DNA of 64,000 nt. Origin: Dehalococcoidia bacterium (lineage in GTDB: Bacteria > Chloroflexota > Dehalococcoidia > Lucifugimonadales > VXLM01). The stretch's first letter is position 1; the number at the start of each line of letters is the position of its first letter. The stretch covers positions 962,507 through 1,026,506 of the forward strand of contig OY759598.1 in the NCBI GenBank assembly GCA_963662435.1, written 5' to 3'. The position numbers and the translations under genes were made by a program. Below the pieces are notes generated by a model. That model ran no database searches and had not been told where the DNA came from. It saw only the letters and a program-made list of their open reading frames with translations. Below are positions 39,851-48,744 of the stretch, one piece after another.

Positions 39851-40138
39851 TTACGTCAACTCAGCCTTGACCTGCTCCAGGGGAATCAAGTCGCCCTCGC
39901 GAATATCCTCAATGCTCTCGCCAAGGGCGGCCATCGTTTCAGCATCCCCCATGACCTCCATCGTTTCCATTATCGACTCGAAGAGGTCCCAGGGCATCAC
40001 TGCGAGAACGGGTTTCCCGTGTCGCGTTAGAGCCACCGCACGGTTCTCAGCGCTCAGCTGTTCCGGCAGTTGAGATAGCATCGCCCGAGCTTTCACGATG
40101 GGAATGTTCTCCGTTCCATATTCTGAGTAGGTAGTCAT
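39851..40138 (-). CDS. Phd/YefM family antitoxin without adjacent toxin
   Basis: IPIVKARAMLSQL...ALTRHGKPVLAVMPWDLFESIMETME. Confidence 0.85.
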   Translation of the reverse strand: MTTYSEYGTENIPIVKARAMLSQLPEQLSAENRAVALTRHGKPVLAVMPWDLFESIMETMEVMGDAETMAALGESIEDIREGDLIPLEQVKAELT

Positions 40139-40163
40139 AGTTGATTTCCTCTATTATACTCAG

Positions 40164-40379
40164 TCACTCCTCTGGGTCCTTAGAAACAGCCCTCGCTGCC
40201 ACGACCAGCAGACTTCCAACGATAACAGTTAGTGCGAAGACAATCAGCGCGTTATTGGGCCGAGCTTCCTGTTCCATTGCCTGTGCGAAGAGCACGAAGG
40301 AAGTAACACATCCCCCCGAAGCGACAACCAGGGCCAAGATTGTCAGGCACCCGCCCGCAAGCGTCTTCCATCTAGGCAT
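40164..40379 (-). CDS. Small two-TM hypothetical protein
   Basis: 71-aa ORF with two hydrophobic segments and GAGGGAG RBS, in operon orientation. Confidence 0.6.
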   Translation of the reverse strand: MPRWKTLAGGCLTILALVVASGGCVTSFVLFAQAMEQEARPNNALIVFALTVIVGSLLVVAARAVSKDPEE

Positions 40380-40396
40380 AAGCGTACTCCCTCATG

Positions 40397-40717
40397 TCAC
40401 TTCAGATAGAAGACGTGCTCAAGCTGCATCATGCTCTCATCGGGTAGGCCCGGCAGATCCTCGAAGTAATCGGACATGAATGTCTGCCACCTGGCGTTGG
40501 CCTCCTCGGTCGCCATACCGTCGAGACTGGCCTGGAAGCTCTCCTCGGCCTCGAAGTAGCCGAACAGCCGCCCGTCCTCGGCCAGGAATAGCGAGTAGTT
40601 GCGCCAGCCGTGACGGCGGAGGGCGTCGAGCATCTCCGGCCATACCGCTTCGTGGTGTTTCTTGTACTCCTCCAGCCGTTCTTCCCTGACCTTCAGGAGG
40701 AACCCGACCCTCTCCAT
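40397..40717 (-). CDS. rhaM: L-rhamnose mutarotase
   Basis: EEYKKHHEAVWPEM...NYSLFL...LFGY...RWQTFM. Confidence 0.88.
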   Translation of the reverse strand: MERVGFLLKVREERLEEYKKHHEAVWPEMLDALRRHGWRNYSLFLAEDGRLFGYFEAEESFQASLDGMATEEANARWQTFMSDYFEDLPGLPDESMMQLEHVFYLK

Positions 40718-40735
40718 ATTGTTACCTCGAGCTTC

Positions 40736-41794
40736 CTATCGTGGTGCGATTATGACGTTTGCCCCTGTTGCCGACGACCTGTACCCGGCTTCGAGGAACT
40801 CGACGACGCGCGCTCCCACCTCGCCGGGGGCTCGATTCTCCCCGTTGCCGTTGATGAGATCGGCCAGTGACCGAGAGGGAAGGTGGGCAGGGTAGACTTC
40901 CTCATCCTTGAGATCGGGAAATACCTCGGATGACCCGTCATGGTAGAACACGCTCAGGCGTCCATTGACGAGGTCCTGGCGGATGAATCCCTGTGTGCCG
41001 TAGTAAGTGTTCACCTGCATCTGCGGCTGGTTGGGCCGGACTCCGCCGGTCGAGCCCATCACGCCGACCGCCCCGTTGTTGAGCCTGTAGCCAAATGCGT
41101 CGGCGAGATCGAGAGCCAGATCGAAGTTCTCCACGAATCCGGACACCTCCACGGCATGGAGTCCCGTCACCCAGAGGGCCATGCCCATGGGGTGCGTGAC
41201 CTGCAGCATGCCCTGTCCGCCTCCCGAGAAGGCGGGATCGGAGTATGAAGACGGCTCGGGTCCGGTGACAGGGAATTTGAACACGTCTCTATAGTCCTCC
41301 GGATTCCCGCGCAGGTAGGACTCGACCATCGAGGCGAATATGCCCGAAACGAATTGGATATCGCCGAGCTTGCCCGACTGCACGATGTCTCGCGCAGCCA
41401 CGGCGTGTCGCGTGTGGTGGAACGTGTAGCCCACCATCAGGTGGAGTCCATTCCTCCTGGCCCGCTTGACGAGGTCCCACGCTTCGTCGGCGCGAAGGGT
41501 CATGGGCTTTTCGACCATGACGCTGACTCCGGCATCCAGGGCGTCACGGGCGACCTGGTAGTGGTAGGCGTGCTGTACGGCTACCACTACGCCGTCCACG
41601 CCTGAGGCCAGCAGTTCGCGGTGGTCGGTGTACTGACCGTCGATGTCGTAGAAGTCGGCGGCCTTGGCCAGCTTGTCTTCTTTGAGGTCGGCGATACCTA
41701 CCAGTTCGGCGTTCTCGTAGGTCTTCAGGCTGGGAATGTGGAACTGGGTGGCCCACCATCCCGCGCCGATAACGCCCATTCGCGCAAAGGTCAT
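40736..41794 (-). CDS. Gfo/Idh/MocA family oxidoreductase
   Basis: GVIGAGWWA, HAYH, VEKPM, GGGQG; ATG at 41794 just after the upstream stop. Confidence 0.9.
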   Translation of the reverse strand: MTFARMGVIGAGWWATQFHIPSLKTYENAELVGIADLKEDKLAKAADFYDIDGQYTDHRELLASGVDGVVVAVQHAYHYQVARDALDAGVSVMVEKPMTLRADEAWDLVKRARRNGLHLMVGYTFHHTRHAVAARDIVQSGKLGDIQFVSGIFASMVESYLRGNPEDYRDVFKFPVTGPEPSSYSDPAFSGGGQGMLQVTHPMGMALWVTGLHAVEVSGFVENFDLALDLADAFGYRLNNGAVGVMGSTGGVRPNQPQMQVNTYYGTQGFIRQDLVNGRLSVFYHDGSSEVFPDLKDEEVYPAHLPSRSLADLINGNGENRAPGEVGARVVEFLEAGYRSSATGANVIIAPR

Positions 41795-41795
41795 G

Positions 41796-42710
41796 TCAGT
41801 CCTCCGACGTCTCGCCCACGCCGTCAAGTCGACGCTTGGCCTCTTCGTACACGTCGTCGGGAAGGGGTCCGTTGTTGGAGGCCACCCGCACGTTCTCATC
41901 GAGGTGATCGACGTTCTGAGTGCCTACAATCGTCGTGTGCATGTCCGGATGCGACAGGGTGAAGCGGAGTATAAAGGCTGTCCTGCTCTCTCCCTGTTCT
42001 AAGAGTTCGCCAAGGCGAGCGTCATCGAACGACTTCCACGCCTCCTCCCGCGTAACCCCCGACACGCCCGGCTCGCCCTTGGCCACTCCGCCGCGGATAA
42101 CGGTGCCGATCCCCACCGCTGCGGACTGCGCGATGATTCCCTCGTGCTGACGGCTCAGGGCAGAGTAGGGGATCTGAAAGGAGTCGAACACGCCCATGTC
42201 GATATGGTCTCGTATATTCGGGATGGATGAAGATGAGGCGATGAACCGGATCTTCCCTTTGTCCTTCAGTCTCTGCAGCGTTTCGATGGCGTCGTGCTCT
42301 TCAAGGACCGATTTTGCGGGTGTCCCGTGAAACTGGAGCACGTCGAGGTGATCGGTCTTCATGCGTCGGAGGCTCTGGTCGACCCCGGCCTCCATGTTCT
42401 CGGGGCCGTAGTCGTTCCCTCCCGCTTCAATTGCAGAGGGGATCGTTGGGCAACCACACTTGGTTGCGACGAAGAACTCGTCGCGCCGGTGTGAGATCGC
42501 CTTGCCGATGCGTTCCTCGCTGAGGCCGTAGCATACTGCCGTGTCGATGAAATTTATCCCGGCATCGAGCACCGCGTTGAGGACTCTGCCTGACTGCTCG
42601 TCGCTGACGGCACGATCACCGTCATCCGAGCGCAGTTCCATTGCCCCAAACCCCAGCCTTGTAACCTCAAGCCCCGTACGTCCCAGCACCGCTGTTGGCA
42701 GACTCGCCAT
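41796..42710 (-). CDS. Aldo/keto reductase (paralogue of 28175-29047)
   Basis: LGRTG, IDTAVCYG, ATKCG, SLRRMKTDHLD. Confidence 0.9.
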   Translation of the reverse strand: MASLPTAVLGRTGLEVTRLGFGAMELRSDDGDRAVSDEQSGRVLNAVLDAGINFIDTAVCYGLSEERIGKAISHRRDEFFVATKCGCPTIPSAIEAGGNDYGPENMEAGVDQSLRRMKTDHLDVLQFHGTPAKSVLEEHDAIETLQRLKDKGKIRFIASSSSIPNIRDHIDMGVFDSFQIPYSALSRQHEGIIAQSAAVGIGTVIRGGVAKGEPGVSGVTREEAWKSFDDARLGELLEQGESRTAFILRFTLSHPDMHTTIVGTQNVDHLDENVRVASNNGPLPDDVYEEAKRRLDGVGETSED

Positions 42711-42823
42711 GTCGCACCCCTCCACGTTTTTCGGTATCCTACCATAGGTCTTTCGAGCGACGACACGCCCCGGCCCTTGCGCGCCCGGCCCTCCTACAAA
42801 CGCTTATTCAGGAGCTTGTCCCA

Positions 42824-44257
42824 ATGTCCTCCATAGTGATATTCGCCATCGACGGACTTCAGCCATCGCAAGTGACCGAGGACTTGATGCCGAACCTCGC
42901 GACGTTTGCGTCGGGCGGCGTATTCTTCGAAAACCACCACCCGGTCTATCCCTCCGTGACCCGCGTCAATGCCGCAAGCATCATGACGGGCTGCTACCCC
43001 GGGCGTCACGGTCTCGTGGGCAACAATCTGTCGATCCGCGAGTATGATCGGACCCGCGCCATCATGGCCCTCGTCGATGAGCTGATGATCGTCGTGGAGA
43101 GGACGGGACGTCTGCTCCTGCGGCCGACGCTGGCCGAGCTCATTTCCGGGCACGGCAAGAGGTTTGTGACAGTAGGCACCGGCTCCAGCGGCAACACCTT
43201 CGTCCACAACCCCAAACCGAAGGCCGGACATGGTCGGAGCATCCATCCTGAGTTCACGATTCCCGAGGACCTTGGGGCTGCTATAACGGAACGATTCGGC
43301 GAGTGGGGCGAGCGTACCGAGCCCGATTATGGCCGCAACGAGTACGCGACGCGTGTCCTCACCGAATACGTGCTGGACGACTGCGACCTGGCCGTCTACT
43401 GGAGCGACGAGCCGGACCATGCACAGCACGCCGCCGGGGTGAACTCGGAGCTGGGGAAGAAGGCGCTTGCCGTTGCAGACAAGGCTTTCGGAGGCATGAT
43501 CGACCACCTCAACGAAAGCGGACGGTTGGGCGAGACCGACATCATGGTCGTGTCGGACCACGGATACTCGACGTCGCGGGGCCTCGTCGGAATCGAGTCG
43601 CTCGTTAGGGCGGAGTGCCCTGTTCCCGTCATCATGGGCACGAACGGGGCGACGGTCCTCTTCTGGGTGCCCGACAGGAGCACCGATGACGTCGACAGGC
43701 TGGCCGAGTGGCTGATGAGGCAGCCCTGGACAGGCGCTGTGACCGTTCCAAACGCCCATGGCGGCATCGAGGGAACACTGCCTTCGCGACTGGTGGGTCT
43801 GGAAGGGGAGCGCGCGCCCGATCTTACGATGTCGTTCACGTGGGACTCCGAGCCGAATGCCGCGGGCGTTCCCGGGCTGGCGTATACGGCGGGGCAACCG
43901 GTCGGCCATGGCGATCACGGCTCACTCAGCAAGCACGAGATGCGAAATACGTTGATCGCGGGAGGCCCCAGCTTCAAGCGCGGGATCTCCGTTGGAAGCC
44001 CGACGGGAAACGTCGACCTGGCCCCGACTGCACTCAGTATTTTGAGTCTGCCGGGCGGAGAGTCTATGGACGGACGTGTCCTGGAAGAGGCGCTTGTCGA
44101 TGGCCCCGATCCCGATTCGGTAGAATCTACGACGGAGACTCACCGTGCCGAAAGAGAGCTTGGACACGCTCGATACTGTCAGGAGATAGTCGTTTCGAGA
44201 GTTGGTACGACGACCTATGTGGACCAGGGAAGTGCCGAGCGCTGCATAGCTTCGTAG
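42824..44257 (+). CDS. Alkaline phosphatase/nucleotide pyrophosphatase-phosphodiesterase family protein
   Basis: AIDGL, PSVTRVN (Thr nucleophile), EPDHAQH, VSDHG, GDHG, NVDLAPT. Confidence 0.88.
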   Translation: MSSIVIFAIDGLQPSQVTEDLMPNLATFASGGVFFENHHPVYPSVTRVNAASIMTGCYPGRHGLVGNNLSIREYDRTRAIMALVDELMIVVERTGRLLLRPTLAELISGHGKRFVTVGTGSSGNTFVHNPKPKAGHGRSIHPEFTIPEDLGAAITERFGEWGERTEPDYGRNEYATRVLTEYVLDDCDLAVYWSDEPDHAQHAAGVNSELGKKALAVADKAFGGMIDHLNESGRLGETDIMVVSDHGYSTSRGLVGIESLVRAECPVPVIMGTNGATVLFWVPDRSTDDVDRLAEWLMRQPWTGAVTVPNAHGGIEGTLPSRLVGLEGERAPDLTMSFTWDSEPNAAGVPGLAYTAGQPVGHGDHGSLSKHEMRNTLIAGGPSFKRGISVGSPTGNVDLAPTALSILSLPGGESMDGRVLEEALVDGPDPDSVESTTETHRAERELGHARYCQEIVVSRVGTTTYVDQGSAERCIAS

Positions 44258-44264
44258 CCAGCGA

Positions 44265-45410
44265 CTAGCGTAGGTACGGCATATACTCGCGTCCGGCCTC
44301 GACCGTGGTGACATGGCTGATGCGGCAGCCTGCTTCGACGGTGCGTCTCCGTCCGGAGTCGCTCAGCAGGAACCGGCCCTCTTCAAGCTTGGAGATCGTA
44401 ACGTCTCCGATTGCGCCCGGCCTGAGGGTGCCCAGCTCGTTCGATTTGCCGATTGCCCCCGCAGGAGCCGAGGTGCAGAGCCGAATGACCTCTGCGAGGG
44501 GTAATCCTAGGTGGAGGAACTTCGACATGGTCGTATGGAGGTCGTAGACCGGTCCGTCGACGTTCTTGAAGTGCAGGTCGCTGCTGATGGTGTCAGGGAA
44601 GAAGCCCTGAGACATCGCGCGTTCCATCGTCTCGAACGAGAAACTCCCGCTGCCGTGCCCCACGTCGAATAATACTCCGCGCTCCCTTGCGGCCCACGCC
44701 TCTTCCAGCACGTTGCCCTCTGAGTCAAGGATGCCGTTGCCCCCCGGGCTGTACCTGAACGCGTGCGTGAGGACATCGCCGGGCCGAAGCATTTTCAAAC
44801 GCTCGGCTACCGGAATGCTCGTGCCGCCGAGGTGGAGCATGAAGATGCCGTCCATCCCATCCGCGGCTTCAATCGCCCGTTTGAGTACTTCCCGGTAGTC
44901 CTCAGCGGGCAGGGGAGGTATCCGCGCCTTGACGCCAACTACGACGTCTCGGTGCTTTCGTCCCATGCGCACCGCTTCGCCGACGTTCGCCCATCGTGCG
45001 TCTTCGAGTCCGGCGTATCCAACCACCATGCCCATGGCGGAGATGTTGAGCAGGGCGAAGATGCGTGTTTTCGTCCGGTCGATGACGTACTCGCGGAAGG
45101 CGGGGAACGTGTTCGCTCCCGATGAACCCGCGTCTACGACCGTCGTGACCCCACGAGCTATGTGTACGGTGTCGGGGTCGATGCCGTAGAAGGATGCCCC
45201 CCAATAGTCATGAGTGTGGAGGTCGATCAGGCCGGGAGTGACGAGAAGCCCGCGCGCGTCGATGGTCTCGACTGCCTCGTCACCGGAAATGTTCTCCGCA
45301 ACGTAAACGACTTTCCCGCCGGTGAAGGCCACGTCCCGGACGCCGTTGATACCCTGGGAGGGATCGATGACGTGACCGCCGGATACTATCAGGTCGTATT
45401 TAGGTGCCAC
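44265..45410 (-). CDS. Dihydroorotase-like metallo-amidohydrolase/deacetylase (COG3964-like), copy 3
   Basis: PGLIDLHTH, DAGSSG, GVKAR, MLH, THAF, DVGHG.GSF, ISSDLH; GTG start at 45410 inferred from the paralogues. Confidence 0.88.
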   Translation of the reverse strand: MAPKYDLIVSGGHVIDPSQGINGVRDVAFTGGKVVYVAENISGDEAVETIDARGLLVTPGLIDLHTHDYWGASFYGIDPDTVHIARGVTTVVDAGSSGANTFPAFREYVIDRTKTRIFALLNISAMGMVVGYAGLEDARWANVGEAVRMGRKHRDVVVGVKARIPPLPAEDYREVLKRAIEAADGMDGIFMLHLGGTSIPVAERLKMLRPGDVLTHAFRYSPGGNGILDSEGNVLEEAWAARERGVLFDVGHGSGSFSFETMERAMSQGFFPDTISSDLHFKNVDGPVYDLHTTMSKFLHLGLPLAEVIRLCTSAPAGAIGKSNELGTLRPGAIGDVTISKLEEGRFLLSDSGRRRTVEAGCRISHVTTVEAGREYMPYLR

Positions 45411-46539
45411 GGAGCCAGGGACTGTAGATTCGTCCGCCCTTGACGGTCGCCACGTGGGTGAGTCTCTGTGGCGAGGTGACCGAGCGACCGATCGAGTCGG
45501 TGAGGGTGAATGAGCCTTCATCGATGCGTGTTATGGTTGCGTCGCCCACCGCGCCGACCTTCAGAGTGCCTAGCCGGTCCGCGATGCCCATAGTCTTGGC
45601 AGTCTCGGCGGTCGTCAGCGCAATGACGTCATACAGCGACATGCCCAACCACATGAACTTGGAGACTGTCGTTACCTGATCGAAGACGGGTCCGGCGACG
45701 TTGTACAGATGCAGGTCGCTGCTGATGTTGCCGGGCCGGAACCCGTCGGCGAGCGCGCGCTCGGCAACGTCGAATGAGAAACTGCCTGCGCCGTGGCCGA
45801 TGTCGAAGACGATTCCCCGCACCTGGTGCTCCCTGAATGAGTCCTTGACCTTCCCCACGTCGTCGAGGACTCCCTCGGAGTGCCCGTGATACATGTGGGT
45901 GACCACGTCGCCCGGGCGGAGCATCTCGATGAGCGACTCCAGCGGCGAGTGGGTCTTGCCGACGTGGATCATCACGAAGCCGTCAATGGCCTCTGCTGCC
46001 TCGATGGCCCGTTTCAGCGATTCCACGTCGTGCTGGCGCGTGATGTCCTGCGAGAGTCGCGCCTTGATGCCGACGATGCGGTCGCGATTCGCACGTCCGA
46101 CTCGGACGGCCTGAGCGACATTGGCGTGCCGCAGGTCCTCGAGCTCGCCGATGTCGTTCGAGATCATCCCGGTCAGGGAGATGTTCAGAAGGGCGTATAG
46201 GCGCGTCTCCGCGCGGTCTATCACGTATCGCCTGAAGGCAGCGAAGGTGGCTGCTCCCGCCGATCCCGCATCGACGGCGGTCGTGACTCCTTTTGCGATA
46301 TTGGTCACATCAGGGTCGAGTCCATAGTGGGAGACGCCCCAGAAGTTGTGAACGTGGAGGTCGATCAGACCCGGGGTCACGATCAGTCCGGTCGCGTCGA
46401 AGACCTCCAATGCTTCGTCCTCGGAAATGCTGTTAGCAACCGAGGCGACGCTGCCGTTTTGAAACGCAACGTCAGCAGGGCCATTGGCGCCCTGAGCCGG
46501 GTCTACGACTGTTCCGCCTCTTATGAGTAGGTCGTACAA
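45400..46539 (-). CDS. Dihydroorotase-like metallo-amidohydrolase/deacetylase, copy 2
   Basis: PGLIDLHVH, GIKAR, MIH, THMY, DIGHG, ISSDLH; TTG start. Confidence 0.9.
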   Translation of the reverse strand: MYDLLIRGGTVVDPAQGANGPADVAFQNGSVASVANSISEDEALEVFDATGLIVTPGLIDLHVHNFWGVSHYGLDPDVTNIAKGVTTAVDAGSAGAATFAAFRRYVIDRAETRLYALLNISLTGMISNDIGELEDLRHANVAQAVRVGRANRDRIVGIKARLSQDITRQHDVESLKRAIEAAEAIDGFVMIHVGKTHSPLESLIEMLRPGDVVTHMYHGHSEGVLDDVGKVKDSFREHQVRGIVFDIGHGAGSFSFDVAERALADGFRPGNISSDLHLYNVAGPVFDQVTTVSKFMWLGMSLYDVIALTTAETAKTMGIADRLGTLKVGAVGDATITRIDEGSFTLTDSIGRSVTSPQRLTHVATVKGGRIYSPWLRGT

Positions 46540-46579
46540 GGCTCTTGTGCCCTCCAGGAATCTCGCTTTTGTACCGGTG

Positions 46580-46706
46580 CTTCTACAGGCTCAGCACGGA
46601 CGGGGCCTTTAGGTACGACTAGTTCCCTGTGAGTTTGTCGCTCTAGGCCCCGTGTTCGACCGTCACAGCACCAACGCAGAACTTTCGCCCTGAGCTTGTC
46701 GAAGGG
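46580..46706. repeat. Cluster of REP-like motifs of the CCCTGAGCTTGTCGAAGGG family
   Basis: TTCGCCCTGAGCTTGTCGAAGGG (46684-46706) plus degenerate inverted copies near 46580 and 46655; same family as 53701-53724. Confidence 0.7.
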
Positions 46707-46749
46707 CAGGCCCCGCGAGTCCTATAGTCGTTTGGATGACTCCTGTGCC

Positions 46750-47880
46750 CTACTTATTCCAGTCCCGGTACAGCTTGCCGTCCTTGACCGTCTCGACAGA
46801 GTTGATCTTCCTGGTCGCGGAGGTGGACTTCCGTTCGGCGTCCATGAAGGTGTAGTCGCCGTCGTCGACTGAGAGGATACTTACGTCGGCTGTCGTCCCC
46901 ACGGCCAGAGAACCGAGGTCGTCGGCAATGCCCATCTTCTCGGCGGGCGCCAGCGTGCTCAGGCGGACTACGTCGTCGAGGGGGATGCCGAAGTGCAGGA
47001 ACTTGGACATGGTGGTCACCTGGTCGTAGACAGGGCCTTCCACGCTCAGGGTGCTCACGTCGCTGCTGATCGTGTCGGGATAGAAGCCCTGCGACAGGGC
47101 CGTCTCGATCGTGTCGAACGAGCAGCTTCCCCCGCCGTGTCCCACGTCGAACACGATCCCCTGCTTCTGCGCCTCCCGTATCTCGTCGGTCACCGTGCGT
47201 TCGGCGCTCACGACGCCGCCCCATTGCCGGAAAGCATGCGTCACCACGTCACCGGGCCGCAGGTGTCTCGTCAGCGTCTCCAGGGGAGTCTCGATGTCAC
47301 CCACGTGCACCATGACCATGCCGCCGAACATCTCGGCCGCCGCTATGGCCCGCTTCAGGGCGTCGAGCTTGTCGTCGAGGAAGACTGTGTGATGGGAAAG
47401 GCGCACCTTGATGCCGAGCACGAGGTCGGTGTTTTCGCTTCCCATCTCTCCCGCGTCTTCAACCCGCGCCCAGCGCATGTCGTATAGCTCGCCGATAGAG
47501 GGCGAAATTATGCCCATCGCTGAGATATTGAGCAGGGCATAGAGCCGCGTGTCCGATCGCTCCATGACGGTGCGGCGAAAGTGAGGGAACGTCCTGGCGC
47601 CCGAGGAGCCGCAGTCCATGGCCGTGGTCACGCCGCGCGCGATGTTGATGGCATCCGGTTCGAGCCCATAGCAGCATACGCCCCAGTAGGCGTGCATGTG
47701 CATGTCGATCAGTCCCGGAGTGACGATAAGTCCCGTGGCGTCGACCACCCTTCGGGCGTCGCCGCCAATACCCTCCTCAATTGCCGCGATCCTGCCTTCC
47801 GCGATTGCAACGTCTCGAACATCGTTCAGTCCGAGCGCGGCGTCGATTACCGTTCCACCCTTGATGAGCAAGTCGTACAA
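46750..47880 (-). CDS. Dihydroorotase-like metallo-amidohydrolase/deacetylase, copy 1
   Basis: PGLIDMHMH, GIKVR, MVH, THAF, DVGHG, ISSDVS; TTG start. Confidence 0.9.
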   Translation of the reverse strand: MYDLLIKGGTVIDAALGLNDVRDVAIAEGRIAAIEEGIGGDARRVVDATGLIVTPGLIDMHMHAYWGVCCYGLEPDAINIARGVTTAMDCGSSGARTFPHFRRTVMERSDTRLYALLNISAMGIISPSIGELYDMRWARVEDAGEMGSENTDLVLGIKVRLSHHTVFLDDKLDALKRAIAAAEMFGGMVMVHVGDIETPLETLTRHLRPGDVVTHAFRQWGGVVSAERTVTDEIREAQKQGIVFDVGHGGGSCSFDTIETALSQGFYPDTISSDVSTLSVEGPVYDQVTTMSKFLHFGIPLDDVVRLSTLAPAEKMGIADDLGSLAVGTTADVSILSVDDGDYTFMDAERKSTSATRKINSVETVKDGKLYRDWNK

Positions 47881-47967
47881 TTTATTACCCTCCAGCTAAG
47901 CCGGCGCACTGCGAAAACGGCGTTAGTGTATCATGCCGCGAGACCATCGTTGACTGGCCTGAGAGTG

Positions 47968-48744
47968 ATGTCCGACCTAGACCTCAAACATGTCCTGCGC
48001 GGCTTGCGCAACTGTACCGTTGGTCACGACATCCGCCTGCACGAAACTATTGAATCGACCATGGACGAAGCCAAAAACATGGCGGAGCGAGGGGCGCCTG
48101 AGGGTACCGTCGTAATTGCAGAAGAGCAGAGGGCGGGTAGGGGGCGCTTCGAGCGTTCGTGGGTGTCCGAGACGGGTAAGGACCTGCTGTTTTCCGTAGT
48201 GTTCAGGCCCACAGCAGCACAAGCGCCCTACCTCAACATGGCTGCGGCGCTGGCCGTGATGACGACGGTGGGCGAGGCGACAGGACTCGACACGACCATC
48301 AAGTGGCCCAACGACGTGAAACTGGCAGGCCGCAAGGTGTCGGGGATCCTGGTAGAGAGCACAGTGTCGCGAACAGGCATCGAGTACACCGTCCTTGGAG
48401 CGGGACTGAACATCAACTCCAATCCCGCCGATATCGCTGAAATTGCCCCTGTCGCCACGAGCATGTACCGTGAGACGGGAAGGACATTTGACCGCTCAGA
48501 AGTCCTAATCAGGGTCCTCAGAGACTTGGACGGTGGAGCGGCGCGAATACGAGCTGGGCATTCCCTGAAAGCGGAGTGGGCTGCCCATTTAGAGACCCTT
48601 GGGCAGAATGTCATCGTACGATGGCGGAACAACATTGACGAAGGCATAGCCACTGACGTTGACGAGACGGGTAACTTGATTCTGAGGAAGGCGGACGGAA
48701 CGACGAAGTCCGTTGTTGCAGGCGAGGTAACACTCCAGGCATGA
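47968..48744 (+). CDS. birA: Biotin--protein ligase (no N-terminal HTH)
   Basis: IESTMD, EEQRAGRGRFERSW, IKWPNDV, RKVSGIL, GLNIN, AGEV. Confidence 0.93.
   Translation: MSDLDLKHVLRGLRNCTVGHDIRLHETIESTMDEAKNMAERGAPEGTVVIAEEQRAGRGRFERSWVSETGKDLLFSVVFRPTAAQAPYLNMAAALAVMTTVGEATGLDTTIKWPNDVKLAGRKVSGILVESTVSRTGIEYTVLGAGLNINSNPADIAEIAPVATSMYRETGRTFDRSEVLIRVLRDLDGGAARIRAGHSLKAEWAAHLETLGQNVIVRWRNNIDEGIATDVDETGNLILRKADGTTKSVVAGEVTLQA

Noticed and set aside
42794..43918. Long antisense or alternative-frame ORFs (also 31953-32921, 32979-33884, 50904-51983)
   Set aside because: They overlap well-supported genes and are typical of high-GC codon bias.
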